Assembly (NCBI GenBank): GCA_963662655.2
Contig: CAXXTU010000002.1
Location: 896,001 to 960,000, forward strand
DNA from: Candidatus Cloacimonadales bacterium
Lineage (GTDB): Bacteria > Cloacimonadota > Cloacimonadia > Cloacimonadales > JAIOQZ01
Length of the DNA stretch: 64,000 bases
Reading direction: 5' to 3'
Position 1 is the first letter of the stretch; every line of letters begins with the position of its first letter. This document shows, piece after piece, positions 39,964-49,316 of the stretch. The notes beneath the pieces were generated by a model. It was not told where the DNA came from, searched no databases, and saw only the letters and a list, made by a program, of their open reading frames with translations. Both the position numbers and the translations under genes were made by a program.

Positions 39964-41703
39964 ATGAAAAAGACAATACTCATTGGAACGTTATTTATAT
40001 GTCTGTCTGTGCTTTACGCTCAGACGTCCATTGGAGACACACTCACCGTGATCCAGAAACCGTTGCTCAATATTCCAGAGATCGTTACGCCCGGAGAAAC
40101 ATTCAAGATCGAATGCGACGCTCCGCCGTCAACGGATGGGTGGTCTGCCGAAATCATTCACGGACAAACGGTCATTCCCATGCAGCTCAACGCGGCAAAC
40201 TACTATACGTCGCTCGGACGATGGGTTCTTCAATGCACGGCTCCCGAGAATCCGCCACTATATGAAATCTACGATTTGCACGTTTCGGCCAACGGCGACG
40301 TCGATGATATCGAGAAACATGCCGTACACTTGATACCGGCGGAACGAGACTCCTATACCTTCATTCATATCACCGACACCCACCTCCCGACGACGCTCTA
40401 TTATTACGAGGATGGAGCGGATGAAGATTCATCCAGCGTCATCGATTTGCGAGAGGTGATCAACGACATCAATATCATCAATCCGGAATTCGTGCTCTTT
40501 ACCGGAGATGTGGTTCACGAAGGCGAACTGGAGGATTTCCTCGAAAAGAGGTATTATACGCGAGCCAAAAGGCTCCTTGCCGAGTTGGATGTACCGGTGT
40601 TCGTCACATCGGGAAACCACGATATTGGTGGCTGGGACAGCACACCCCCGCCTGATGGCACGTCGAGAAAAAACTGGTGGAAGTTCTTCGGATGGAACCG
40701 CCTGGCAGATCCGCCCAGCGGAGACCCGTATTACACGCAAAACTACAGCTTCGACTATGGCAACGTTCACTACATGGGTATGGAAGCCTATGATAACTAC
40801 GACCAATACATGACCTGGATTTACGGCTACGAAAGCTTTACACAAGGACAGATGGACTGGCTGGAAGAAGAACTTACGGGTTCCGAGAACGCGACCAACC
40901 GTGTGCTGTTCTACCACTTCGATTTCTCCGACCAGATCGACCTGCACGATATGGATGTCGATCTTGCTTTGTGGGGACACATTCACTACGACTCCGGCAG
41001 CACGCATTACCACCCGTACGACCTCGCTACCGACAACGTATGCAACGGTGGCAGAGCGTTCCGTCCCGTGCATGTGGCCGGCAACATCGTCGATCCCCAG
41101 GAAACACTGTATGCCGGTTACAGCGGCACGAATTTGCGCATTACCTATACCCCTTCGAACGAAGGCGTCGCTGATTCCGTATATGCGCTCGTACGTAATG
41201 GACTCGAGCAGTCTTTCGCGAACTGCCAGTTGAAATTCGTCATGCCCTCCAGCGAACACGGCTACAATGTGGCCGGTGGCGAGCTGTTTCAGGTGGATCG
41301 TAGCGACGATTTCAACGTATGCTACGTTAGATTCGACATGCCGGAGGATCAGGACGTGATCGTAACAATCGCCGAGGACAACAATATCGCAACGGATCCG
41401 GACGAACCGGCTTTTCCGGCCCCTGTCTGCTCGGAGATCACACAGGTTTCACCCAATCCGTTCAATCCTGAGACGAGGATTTTCTACTCGCTATCAGAGG
41501 ATTCGGACGTCAGAATCAAGATTTACAATGCCAGGGGAGCGCTCGTTGACGATATAAATCTGGGCAGGCAAACTGCCGGAAGCCACTCGAAGAGCTGGAG
41601 CGCTACCAATGGGAAAGGCAACAGAATTACATCGGGAGTGTACTTGATTCGACTGATTGCCGGGAAAAAGGAATCCATTCGGAAGGCCATCCTTTTGAAG
41701 TGA
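39964..41703 (+). CDS. Secreted calcineurin-like metallophosphoesterase with FlgD-Ig/T9SS-like C-terminal domain
   Basis: Signal peptide MKKTILIG...; DTH, TGD, GNHD and GHIH motifs; SPNPFNPET...RKAILLK. The ORF-track start 39757 overlaps the divergent gene. Confidence 0.87.
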   Translation: MKKTILIGTLFICLSVLYAQTSIGDTLTVIQKPLLNIPEIVTPGETFKIECDAPPSTDGWSAEIIHGQTVIPMQLNAANYYTSLGRWVLQCTAPENPPLYEIYDLHVSANGDVDDIEKHAVHLIPAERDSYTFIHITDTHLPTTLYYYEDGADEDSSSVIDLREVINDINIINPEFVLFTGDVVHEGELEDFLEKRYYTRAKRLLAELDVPVFVTSGNHDIGGWDSTPPPDGTSRKNWWKFFGWNRLADPPSGDPYYTQNYSFDYGNVHYMGMEAYDNYDQYMTWIYGYESFTQGQMDWLEEELTGSENATNRVLFYHFDFSDQIDLHDMDVDLALWGHIHYDSGSTHYHPYDLATDNVCNGGRAFRPVHVAGNIVDPQETLYAGYSGTNLRITYTPSNEGVADSVYALVRNGLEQSFANCQLKFVMPSSEHGYNVAGGELFQVDRSDDFNVCYVRFDMPEDQDVIVTIAEDNNIATDPDEPAFPAPVCSEITQVSPNPFNPETRIFYSLSEDSDVRIKIYNARGALVDDINLGRQTAGSHSKSWSATNGKGNRITSGVYLIRLIAGKKESIRKAILLK

Positions 41704-41842
41704 TGTAATCGACTTTTTGCCCGCATATTCCTGCGTTTTCCTGAAAACGTAGAGCAAAATTCAGTTGCTTTACTGCAAATTTGAGCTAATCAGCTTGACA
41801 ATTTTACCGATAATCCAATTGATGCAACATGGAGGTATCGAA

Positions 41843-43936
41843 ATGTCCAAGTTTGAGAAATTGTTCGGAGAGCTGACGTTCAATAAGGCGGTGATGAAAC
41901 GCAAATTGAGCAAGGATACATACGAGAAGATCATTGCAACCATGGAGAGCGGCGAACCGCTCGACGAGGCAATCGCCGGAGATATTGCCCATGCGATGAA
42001 GGAGTGGGCGCTCGATGCGGGAGCAACGCATTTCACACACTGGTTTCAGCCCCAGCGCGGCGGAACCGCCGAAAAGCACGACGCATTCATCTGTTACGAC
42101 GAAGGCGGAGACATCATCGAGCGTTTCTCACACGATCTCCTGATACGCTCCGAGCCGGACGCGTCATCGTTTCCTTCTGGAGGGATGCGTTCGACGTTCG
42201 AGGCAAGAGGGTATACGGCTTGGGACCCGACTTCCCCGGCATTCTTGCTGGAATCAGGAGATTCCCGCACGCTCGTTATCCCATCGGTATTTCTTTCATG
42301 GACGGGCGATGTTCTCGACATCAAGACTCCGATGCTGCGTTCCCAGCGAGCGCTCAATGATGCGGCCATCAGACTGCAACGGCTTCTCGGCAATCGATTT
42401 GCCAAGAGAATTCGCGTCATGATCGGCGCAGAGCAGGAATATTTCCTCGTTCCGAGAGAGCTTTACAATGACAGGCCCGACCTTCAGCTTTGCGACCGTA
42501 CACTGTTTGGCGCCCCTTCCCCGAAGGGACAGCAGATGGAGGATCACTACTTCGGCAGCATCAAGCCGAGAATCATGGCGTTCATGGCTGAGCTGGATGA
42601 AGAACTTTACCGCAGGGGGATTCCCAGCAAGACCCGTCACAACGAGGTCTCCCCCAACCAGTTCGAGATGGCCCCGCTCTACGAGGACGCCAATCTTGCG
42701 GTCGATCACAACCTTCAGGTAATGGCGCTTCTCGAATGGATCGCGGAACGGCACAATCTGGCCGCGATTCTCCACGAGAAACCTTTTGAGGGATTGAACG
42801 GCTCAGGTAAGCATGTAAACTGGTCACTGTGCGACAACACGGGCGCGAATTATCTCGAGCCTTCCAGATCGCCACTGAAGAATATCAGCTTCCTCATGAC
42901 GATCGGGGCGATACTGCTGGGGGTGAGTCGTTACGGTAAACTTTTACGCGCGTCCGTCGCGGATGCAGGAAACGACCACCGGCTCGGAGCGAACGAAGCG
43001 CCTCCGGGTATCATGTCCGTCTACCTCGGTCAATATCTGAATGAGCTTCTGGACGAGATCGAGGGAATCGGCAAGCTGTCGAGTATCGCGATGGAGCATA
43101 TCAACCTGGGCGTCCAGAAACTTCCGAAGATCGCCAAGGACATTGCGGATCGCAACCGTACTTCGCCCATCGCTTTTACAGGCAACAAATTCGAGTTCAG
43201 GCCAACGGGATCGAGTCAGAATTGCGCCGAAGCGATCACCATTATGAATCTCATCGTCGCGTGGGGCTACGACCAGATTCACAAACGTATCAAGGGTCGG
43301 AAGGGTAACGTCAAGGAAAACGCGATCCTCGTGCTCAAGGAAGTATTAGGCGAGACACACGATATACGATTCGAAGGCAACAATTATTCCGAAGAGTGGC
43401 TCGAAGAAGCAAAACGCCGTGGACTTCCCATCGCCAATAACACCCCGCAATCGCTGAGATTCTATCTCGACGAGGACGTGAAAGAGCTCTTCAAAAGCTA
43501 CAACGTTCTGTCAGAACGCGAATTGGCTTCCAAAGTGGAGATACGACTTGAAGCTTATTGCAAGACGCTCGAAATTGAATTCCGGACAGCGGAGATGCTG
43601 GCCAACACCCGTGTTTTACCGGCGTTGATCCGGCAACTGAAACAGGTGACGGATGTGTATTCGGGTATATCGAGTGCAGGAATTCAATCGGAATCCCTGA
43701 AGGGTGGTATTCAAGTGCTTGAAGGATTGTATTCTTCAATATCGCAGAAAAAGAAGAAGCTTCTGGATATCCTCACAAAAGGTGAAGCGACAGATAACCT
43801 TTTCCAGAAAGCGAGCTACTACGCTGATAAAGGGCTGACTTGCCTCAAGGAACTCCGGAAGGATATCGATTGCGCAGAGACGCAAATTGCCGATGACCTG
43901 TGGTCGATACCCAAGTATTACAAGCTGTTGCAATAG
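41843..43936 (+). CDS. glnA: Glutamine synthetase type III
   Basis: GATHFTHWFQP, AEKHD, EPDASSFPSGG.RSTFEARGYTAWD, HNEV.PNQFE, HRLGANEAPP, DRNRTSP; GGAGG before the ATG at 41843. Confidence 0.95.
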   Translation: MSKFEKLFGELTFNKAVMKRKLSKDTYEKIIATMESGEPLDEAIAGDIAHAMKEWALDAGATHFTHWFQPQRGGTAEKHDAFICYDEGGDIIERFSHDLLIRSEPDASSFPSGGMRSTFEARGYTAWDPTSPAFLLESGDSRTLVIPSVFLSWTGDVLDIKTPMLRSQRALNDAAIRLQRLLGNRFAKRIRVMIGAEQEYFLVPRELYNDRPDLQLCDRTLFGAPSPKGQQMEDHYFGSIKPRIMAFMAELDEELYRRGIPSKTRHNEVSPNQFEMAPLYEDANLAVDHNLQVMALLEWIAERHNLAAILHEKPFEGLNGSGKHVNWSLCDNTGANYLEPSRSPLKNISFLMTIGAILLGVSRYGKLLRASVADAGNDHRLGANEAPPGIMSVYLGQYLNELLDEIEGIGKLSSIAMEHINLGVQKLPKIAKDIADRNRTSPIAFTGNKFEFRPTGSSQNCAEAITIMNLIVAWGYDQIHKRIKGRKGNVKENAILVLKEVLGETHDIRFEGNNYSEEWLEEAKRRGLPIANNTPQSLRFYLDEDVKELFKSYNVLSERELASKVEIRLEAYCKTLEIEFRTAEMLANTRVLPALIRQLKQVTDVYSGISSAGIQSESLKGGIQVLEGLYSSISQKKKKLLDILTKGEATDNLFQKASYYADKGLTCLKELRKDIDCAETQIADDLWSIPKYYKLLQ

Positions 43937-44001
43937 AGTCTTGCTGCGAATGTTTTTGCCCGTATCGGTGGGCCAGTTGTAGATGATCTATCGCTCACCG
44001 A

Positions 44002-44187
44002 GCGCCCGGGGCGGCGTTGGAAACCCGAACGTCCCACACGTATTCGATGAATATTCCAATAGCATAACCGATGTCATCGAATACGTGTGGAACTTATCAA
44101 GGGTTTCCTCGGAAAATTACAATGTTGTCGGGTGGGACAACATTGTAATTTTCCGGTGTGCGGAGCACACAACGCCGCCCCCGGCGC
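44002..44187. repeat. Nested inverted-repeat element forming a near-perfect four-way junction
   Basis: P1 44002-44018/44171-44187 (16 of 17); P2 44019-44026/44101-44108 enclosing a perfect 17-bp 44034-44050/44074-44090; P3 perfect 20 bp 44110-44129/44136-44155; P4 44156-44161/44165-44170. Confidence 0.85.
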
Positions 44188-44197
44188 GTGGAGCTGG

Positions 44198-46408
44198 TTA
44201 TACGTCTTCGGGTTTCTTCCGGGCAAAAAACATTCGCATTGGACCTTTGCCCTTCACCTCGTAAGGTTCTCGTTCAATGAACTCAAGACCGGTCTTCGCA
44301 GCGTCATTCGCCTGAAGCACTTGCACAACATTTTCCGAGATATTGATTTGCATGGGTTCGGAAAGACTTTCCATTCGCGAGGCCGTGTTGATCGTATCGC
44401 CGAAAACGTCGTAGATATACTTTCTTCTGCCCACAATACCGCCCACGACTTTTCCCGTATGGATCCCGATGCGCACCTGCCACTTGATTATCGATTCCTT
44501 GTTTCGATTTCTGAGGTAGTCGATGATCTGCGTGGCGGCGTTGAGGATGTTGACCGCGTGGTTAGGATTTGCGGCCGGCATGCCGCAAACGGCCAGATAG
44601 GCATCTCCGATGGTTTTGATCCGCTCGCAGTCGTTACGGGTCATGATATCGTCAAAGGCAGTGAAGAGATCGTTCAGCTCTGAAATCAGCATCTTCGGTT
44701 CAAGCTCGGACGACTTCTGGGTAAAGCCCACGATGTCGGAAAAATATACGGTTACATCCTGGTACGATTCTGGTTCGGTTCGTCCTCGTTGCCGGAGGTC
44801 GTCCGCCACGCGAACCGGCAGGATGTTAAGGAGTAGCTTATCCGTTTTGGCCTTCTCGTCCCGGATGGTACGGTTGTCCCTCATCTTTCTTCTCAGACTC
44901 AGGAAAGTCACTGCCGCCAGCAGGAGAACGAGCGATATTCCTATGATCAGTGAATAGCGAATGATCGATTGCCTTTTCAGCTCGAGCGCTTGAATCTGAG
45001 CTTTTTGCTTAAGAATCTGTATCTGCTGCTGGTTCATCTCGTTGACATGCGCCGTTTTCATCAGTTCCATCTGCTGCTCGAGTCGCTCTTCACGCAAATC
45101 GCGAATCTGAATTTCCTTCTTGCGTGAATCTTCTTTCGCCTTCTCGAGCTGCTGATTCTGCTCGCCCATCACTTCCTGAAGCTCAATAATCTTCCGCTCT
45201 TTCTTCGCGGTCTCGTATCGGGTTTCCATCTCGGCGACATGCTTGCTGGATTCGTGTGCGGCGATGCTGTCGTTGATCTCGGCAATCCGCTTGTGGTATG
45301 CCAGCGATTTCTCGTAATCTCCGGTGGCAGAATAAATCTCCACCATGATTTCGAGACTATTCTTCACCAGATCGAATGCGCTGATGTCATTTGCGATTTC
45401 TATTCCCGCTTCCAGCTGCGAAATCGCCTTCTCATAGCTCTTTTGCTTGAAACGCAGATAGCCGATATTGATTCGCGTGGAAGCCGCTCCATACAGATCG
45501 TTGTGCTGCTCTTTCAGCTTCAGGGACCGTTCGTAATATTGAATAGCCTTGTCGAAGTCCTGCTGGTCGTCGAAAACGTGACCGATGTTGTGCAGGGACT
45601 TGGTAATCAGTTCGCTGTCGCCAATCTCGTTGCCGATATGCAACGCCTGCTCGAAGCAATCCAGAGCCTTCTCATAATTCTGCTGCCTGCGATAAACGGT
45701 ACCGATGTTGTTCAGTGTAAGCGCGATTTGGTCCTTGCAACCCTTCTCTCGATGGATTTCAAGCACTTCCAGGTAATATTTCATCGCCTTTTCGGGCTGA
45801 TTCAGCTTTTGGTAGGCGACGCCGATATTGTTTAGCGCGGTGATGATATCATCCAGCTTGTCGATCGCCTGCGCCTCTTCCAGCGCCTGGAAGTAGCAGG
45901 TCAGCGCTTCATTATAATTACCCTTCCGGGTGTAGACAGCGCCAAGATTCTTCATCGAAGCTATGATGCCGGCGCTGTTGGGCAGTTTTTGATAGATTGC
46001 CAAGGCTTCCCGATAGTACTGAATCGCCTCGTCGTACTTTCTCAGACGATCGTCCACATTCCCCAAATTGAACAGCACGATCGCGGTGTTCTCGATGTCG
46101 AATAGCTCGCGATAGATTTTCAACGCCTTTGTGTAGTTGTTCTCGGCGTCGCTGAATCGCTGCAAGTTATACATTCTCCTGCCGATGCGACTGTATGCCC
46201 TGGCAATTTCCATGTCGTTCTTCAAGCCCTGCGCCTTGTACAGCGCTTGCATCTCATACTGAATACAGCGATCAGAAGAAGTCTCCCACGCTTTATCGGC
46301 AAGATTGTTCAACTGCTTGATCGACTGCGGCGTTTGGGCTTGCAAGCAACCCACTGACAGGATAACCAGTAAAAGACATGCAAGACAATCACGTCGGTAT
46401 CGAATCAT
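44198..46408 (-). CDS. Membrane-anchored class III adenylate cyclase with extracytoplasmic TPR domain
   Basis: Signal peptide, TPR repeats (LNNIG), coiled coil, TM, LLLNILP, FSDIVGFT, IKTIGDAY, YDVFGDTINTASRME; Lys/Asp purine-specificity residues indicate ATP. Confidence 0.9.
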   Translation of the reverse strand: MIRYRRDCLACLLLVILSVGCLQAQTPQSIKQLNNLADKAWETSSDRCIQYEMQALYKAQGLKNDMEIARAYSRIGRRMYNLQRFSDAENNYTKALKIYRELFDIENTAIVLFNLGNVDDRLRKYDEAIQYYREALAIYQKLPNSAGIIASMKNLGAVYTRKGNYNEALTCYFQALEEAQAIDKLDDIITALNNIGVAYQKLNQPEKAMKYYLEVLEIHREKGCKDQIALTLNNIGTVYRRQQNYEKALDCFEQALHIGNEIGDSELITKSLHNIGHVFDDQQDFDKAIQYYERSLKLKEQHNDLYGAASTRINIGYLRFKQKSYEKAISQLEAGIEIANDISAFDLVKNSLEIMVEIYSATGDYEKSLAYHKRIAEINDSIAAHESSKHVAEMETRYETAKKERKIIELQEVMGEQNQQLEKAKEDSRKKEIQIRDLREERLEQQMELMKTAHVNEMNQQQIQILKQKAQIQALELKRQSIIRYSLIIGISLVLLLAAVTFLSLRRKMRDNRTIRDEKAKTDKLLLNILPVRVADDLRQRGRTEPESYQDVTVYFSDIVGFTQKSSELEPKMLISELNDLFTAFDDIMTRNDCERIKTIGDAYLAVCGMPAANPNHAVNILNAATQIIDYLRNRNKESIIKWQVRIGIHTGKVVGGIVGRRKYIYDVFGDTINTASRMESLSEPMQINISENVVQVLQANDAAKTGLEFIEREPYEVKGKGPMRMFFARKKPEDV

Positions 46409-46413
46409 GCGTA

Positions 46414-47106
46414 TCAGGCTCCGCTTTCCTTCTCATCGCGAACCAGCTCCGCTTGCGATTTTCGCAGGTAGAACGGCTCGAGCCTGGACATCTCGTCAAG
46501 ATTATAGGGGGGGATTTCCGCTAAACCGTAGACCATCGATACCAACCCGGAAGCCAGCGGATTGTTCAGGTGCAGAGGAACGGTGCGGAAATCGATATTC
46601 AGCCTGTCCAGCTCGTTCTTGTATGCATCCACACCGCTGCCGAGAGCGATGACCGGCACGTCGATCTGCTTCAGGAAATCCTCAGGCTTGCTGCATCGAG
46701 GTTCGATGATCGCTTTACCTTTTTCGTCGTACAGGGCTCCGTAAACTTCGCCCATACGAGCATCGATGAGCGCCAGAATCTTGCGCTCTCCGCCCGTTAC
46801 GTTACCGGCAAGCAGTTCCAGCGTGTTGACCGCGATCAGAGGAATCTTCAGGCTCATCGCGATACCCTTGGCGGCCGCAAGCCCGATCCGTACGCCGGTG
46901 AAGGATCCCGGACCATTCGAGATGGCGACGCAATCGAAATCTTTCATCTCCATGTTCAGGGAAACCCGCATCCTCTCGATTTCCGGCATCACGCGCTCTG
47001 AGTGCGTTACCTGGATGTCCAGGCAGGATAATGCCAGCAATTTCCCATCTTTCGCGATGGCCACGCTTCCGAACGACGAGGTCGTCTCCAGAGCGAGAAT
47101 TGTCAT
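46414..47106 (-). CDS. tsaB: tRNA threonylcarbamoyladenosine biosynthesis protein TsaB
   Basis: ILALETTS, HSE, GPGSFTGVRIG, IDARMGEVY, LEPFYLRKSQAE. Confidence 0.95.
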   Translation of the reverse strand: MTILALETTSSFGSVAIAKDGKLLALSCLDIQVTHSERVMPEIERMRVSLNMEMKDFDCVAISNGPGSFTGVRIGLAAAKGIAMSLKIPLIAVNTLELLAGNVTGGERKILALIDARMGEVYGALYDEKGKAIIEPRCSKPEDFLKQIDVPVIALGSGVDAYKNELDRLNIDFRTVPLHLNNPLASGLVSMVYGLAEIPPYNLDEMSRLEPFYLRKSQAELVRDEKESGA

Positions 47107-47107
47107 A

Positions 47108-48253
47108 CTACTCTACTCCCAATTCCTTACCCAGCTTGTCGACATCCTTCAACAAGCCGATCACATCGAGCCCCTGCGGACACGCTTCGACACACTTACC
47201 ACATTCGATGCACTCCGATGGTCGTTTATCCTTTGCGATCATCTGCAGCATGGCCCTAGTCTTGCCTTTGTTGTTGTAGCTGAACCAGTCGTTGTAAATG
47301 GAAAATATCCACGGAATGAAGATTTCCTTCGGACACGGCTGGCAGTAACGGCAGAAGGTGCAATTCACGGGCCGGAGTTGCAGATAAACCTTTTTAACCT
47401 GCTCGATCATCTCGCGATCGTCGTCCGTGAGGCATCCCACCTCCGCTTCTGAGGCCAACTTCAGATCCTCTTCCACTTCAGTCATCAGACTCATTCCGCT
47501 GAGGACGAACCATACTTTTTCCTGATCCCACAGCCAGCGAAAAGCCCAATCGACGGGAGCGCGCAATGGTTTGTGATTCTTATAGATATCCATGATCTTA
47601 TCAGGTAGATTGCGAACAATGTCCCCACCACGAAGCGGCTCCATGATAATCACACCGATTCCCTTGCTGTGAGCGTAGTCCAAACCCATACGTCCTGCCT
47701 GGTCATGCTCGTCCATGAAGTTGTACTGTATCTGGCAGAAATCCCATGTATGCCCGTCCACGATCTCTTTGAACACGTCCGGTCCATCGTGGAATGAGAA
47801 GCCGAAGAAACGTATCTTCCCTTCCTTCTTCTTCTGTTCACCCCAGCGGATCAAATCGAACTTCTTCACCGTCTCCCAGTGGCCTCGATTGAGTGCGTGC
47901 AGCAAGTAGAAATCGATCGTTTCGACTTCCAGTTTCCCAAGCTGCTCTTCGAGAAGGCGGTCTGCGTCTTCCGCGGTCTTCACTTCCCACATGGGTAGTT
48001 TATCTGCGATATACACCTTTTCGCGATAGCCATCCTTGATCACCTTCGCCACAAGCAGTTCGCTATTGCCGCGGTGGTATGGATAAGCGGTATCCAGGTA
48101 ATTGACGCCCTTGTCGATCGCGTGACGGATCATCCGGATCGCTTCCGGCTCGTCGATCGCACCGAAATCGTTGTTCACAACCGGCAGCCTCATGCATCCA
48201 AAGCCGAGGGCGGATACTTCAACACCCAATTTATCATTTCGTCTGTATTTCAT
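47108..48253 (-). CDS. Aldo/keto reductase with C-terminal 4Fe-4S dicluster domain
   Basis: LGFGCMRLP, DTAYPY, DFYLLHAL, GFSFHD, MEPLRGG; CTFCRYCQPCP and CIECGKCVEACP. Confidence 0.92.
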   Translation of the reverse strand: MKYRRNDKLGVEVSALGFGCMRLPVVNNDFGAIDEPEAIRMIRHAIDKGVNYLDTAYPYHRGNSELLVAKVIKDGYREKVYIADKLPMWEVKTAEDADRLLEEQLGKLEVETIDFYLLHALNRGHWETVKKFDLIRWGEQKKKEGKIRFFGFSFHDGPDVFKEIVDGHTWDFCQIQYNFMDEHDQAGRMGLDYAHSKGIGVIIMEPLRGGDIVRNLPDKIMDIYKNHKPLRAPVDWAFRWLWDQEKVWFVLSGMSLMTEVEEDLKLASEAEVGCLTDDDREMIEQVKKVYLQLRPVNCTFCRYCQPCPKEIFIPWIFSIYNDWFSYNNKGKTRAMLQMIAKDKRPSECIECGKCVEACPQGLDVIGLLKDVDKLGKELGVE

Positions 48254-48314
48254 ATAACAAATCCTCCATCATGAAAATTTCGATATCGCCGTTTGCAGGC
48301 AAGAAAAAAAAGTC

Positions 48315-49316
48315 TTATACCAAAAGTATACGATTCGAGCTACGGTATGCACTCAGAATATCGTCGATCACCCTGCTGGTTCTTGAAGCGGTCTCTCCCG
48401 TGCTGACACATGGCGTATTTCTCAAAAGCGAACCCACCACTTGCTCCACGAGAGGCTTCTGAATCGGCTGCGTCGATTCGATTTCGAATAGCTGCCGACG
48501 GTGCTCCAGATGAAGCTCGATCGGCGTGAACTTGAAGCAGGAAAACACGATCTTCCCTCTCTTGCCGGTTATCTCCACCCGGTCCACATCCTCGTCGCTC
48601 CTTTCGCTGAATGACCACACGCCATTGAGCGGAACGTCTGCTTCCGTTGAAAGCCTCGCCGCGACATAATCCTCGGATCGGTACATCCCGAGCCTGTTTT
48701 CCACCTGCGAATCAATAACCGTCAACGGTCCGAAACAGAAATCGAGGAAATCCAGCGCGTGCGAGGCCAGATCGACGAACAATCCGCCTCCGGCAATCTC
48801 GGGAACGTAACGCCAGGGAAGGTTTTTCGGATCGAGCTCGCGCGCCACCCGTCTCATGTTGATCTCGATCGACTCGACATCTCCAATCACCTTGCTGTCG
48901 ATGAGCCCTTTCGCCTTCATGAAATAGGGCAATGTCCTGCGATAATACGCGACAAAGAGCGGCACGCCGGTCTCTTTCCCCTTGGCGAGCAACCGTTCGC
49001 ACTCGGCAAAGGTGCGCGCCATCGGTTTTTCCACGTATACCGGCTTCCCCACCTCCATCGCGGCGATCGTGTAGCCTGCGTGCGAATCGGGAGGCGTGGC
49101 GATGTATATCGCGTCGACATCCGGCGATTGGATCATCTCCGCGGGATCCTCGAAACAGAGCGGGATTCCCTTTCGCGCAGCGTAATCCTTCGCTTTGGAA
49201 AAAGTTCTCGACGCAACAGCGACCAGATCGGAATTATCAACCTGCTGAAACGCCGGCGCGCTCTTCTTCTCGGTCACGTTGCCGCAACCGATCATGCCCC
49301 ATCGAACCGTTGTCAC
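48315..49316 (-). CDS. Gfo/Idh/MocA family oxidoreductase
   Basis: WGMIGCG, YIATPPDSH, VEKPMA, GGGLFVDLASH. Confidence 0.92.
   Translation of the reverse strand: MTTVRWGMIGCGNVTEKKSAPAFQQVDNSDLVAVASRTFSKAKDYAARKGIPLCFEDPAEMIQSPDVDAIYIATPPDSHAGYTIAAMEVGKPVYVEKPMARTFAECERLLAKGKETGVPLFVAYYRRTLPYFMKAKGLIDSKVIGDVESIEINMRRVARELDPKNLPWRYVPEIAGGGLFVDLASHALDFLDFCFGPLTVIDSQVENRLGMYRSEDYVAARLSTEADVPLNGVWSFSERSDEDVDRVEITGKRGKIVFSCFKFTPIELHLEHRRQLFEIESTQPIQKPLVEQVVGSLLRNTPCVSTGETASRTSRVIDDILSAYRSSNRILLV

Noticed and set aside
44002..44187. Calling the element a retron msr-msd, DGR hairpin, attC site, tRNA or CRISPR repeat
   Set aside because: No RT, integron integrase or cas gene nearby; no tRNA T-loop or CCA, and the arms are too long; no direct-repeat/spacer periodicity.
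43983..44264. 93-aa ORF across the palindromic element
   Set aside because: No SD or motif, overlaps the cyclase 3' end, and the sequence is better explained by nested inverted repeats.
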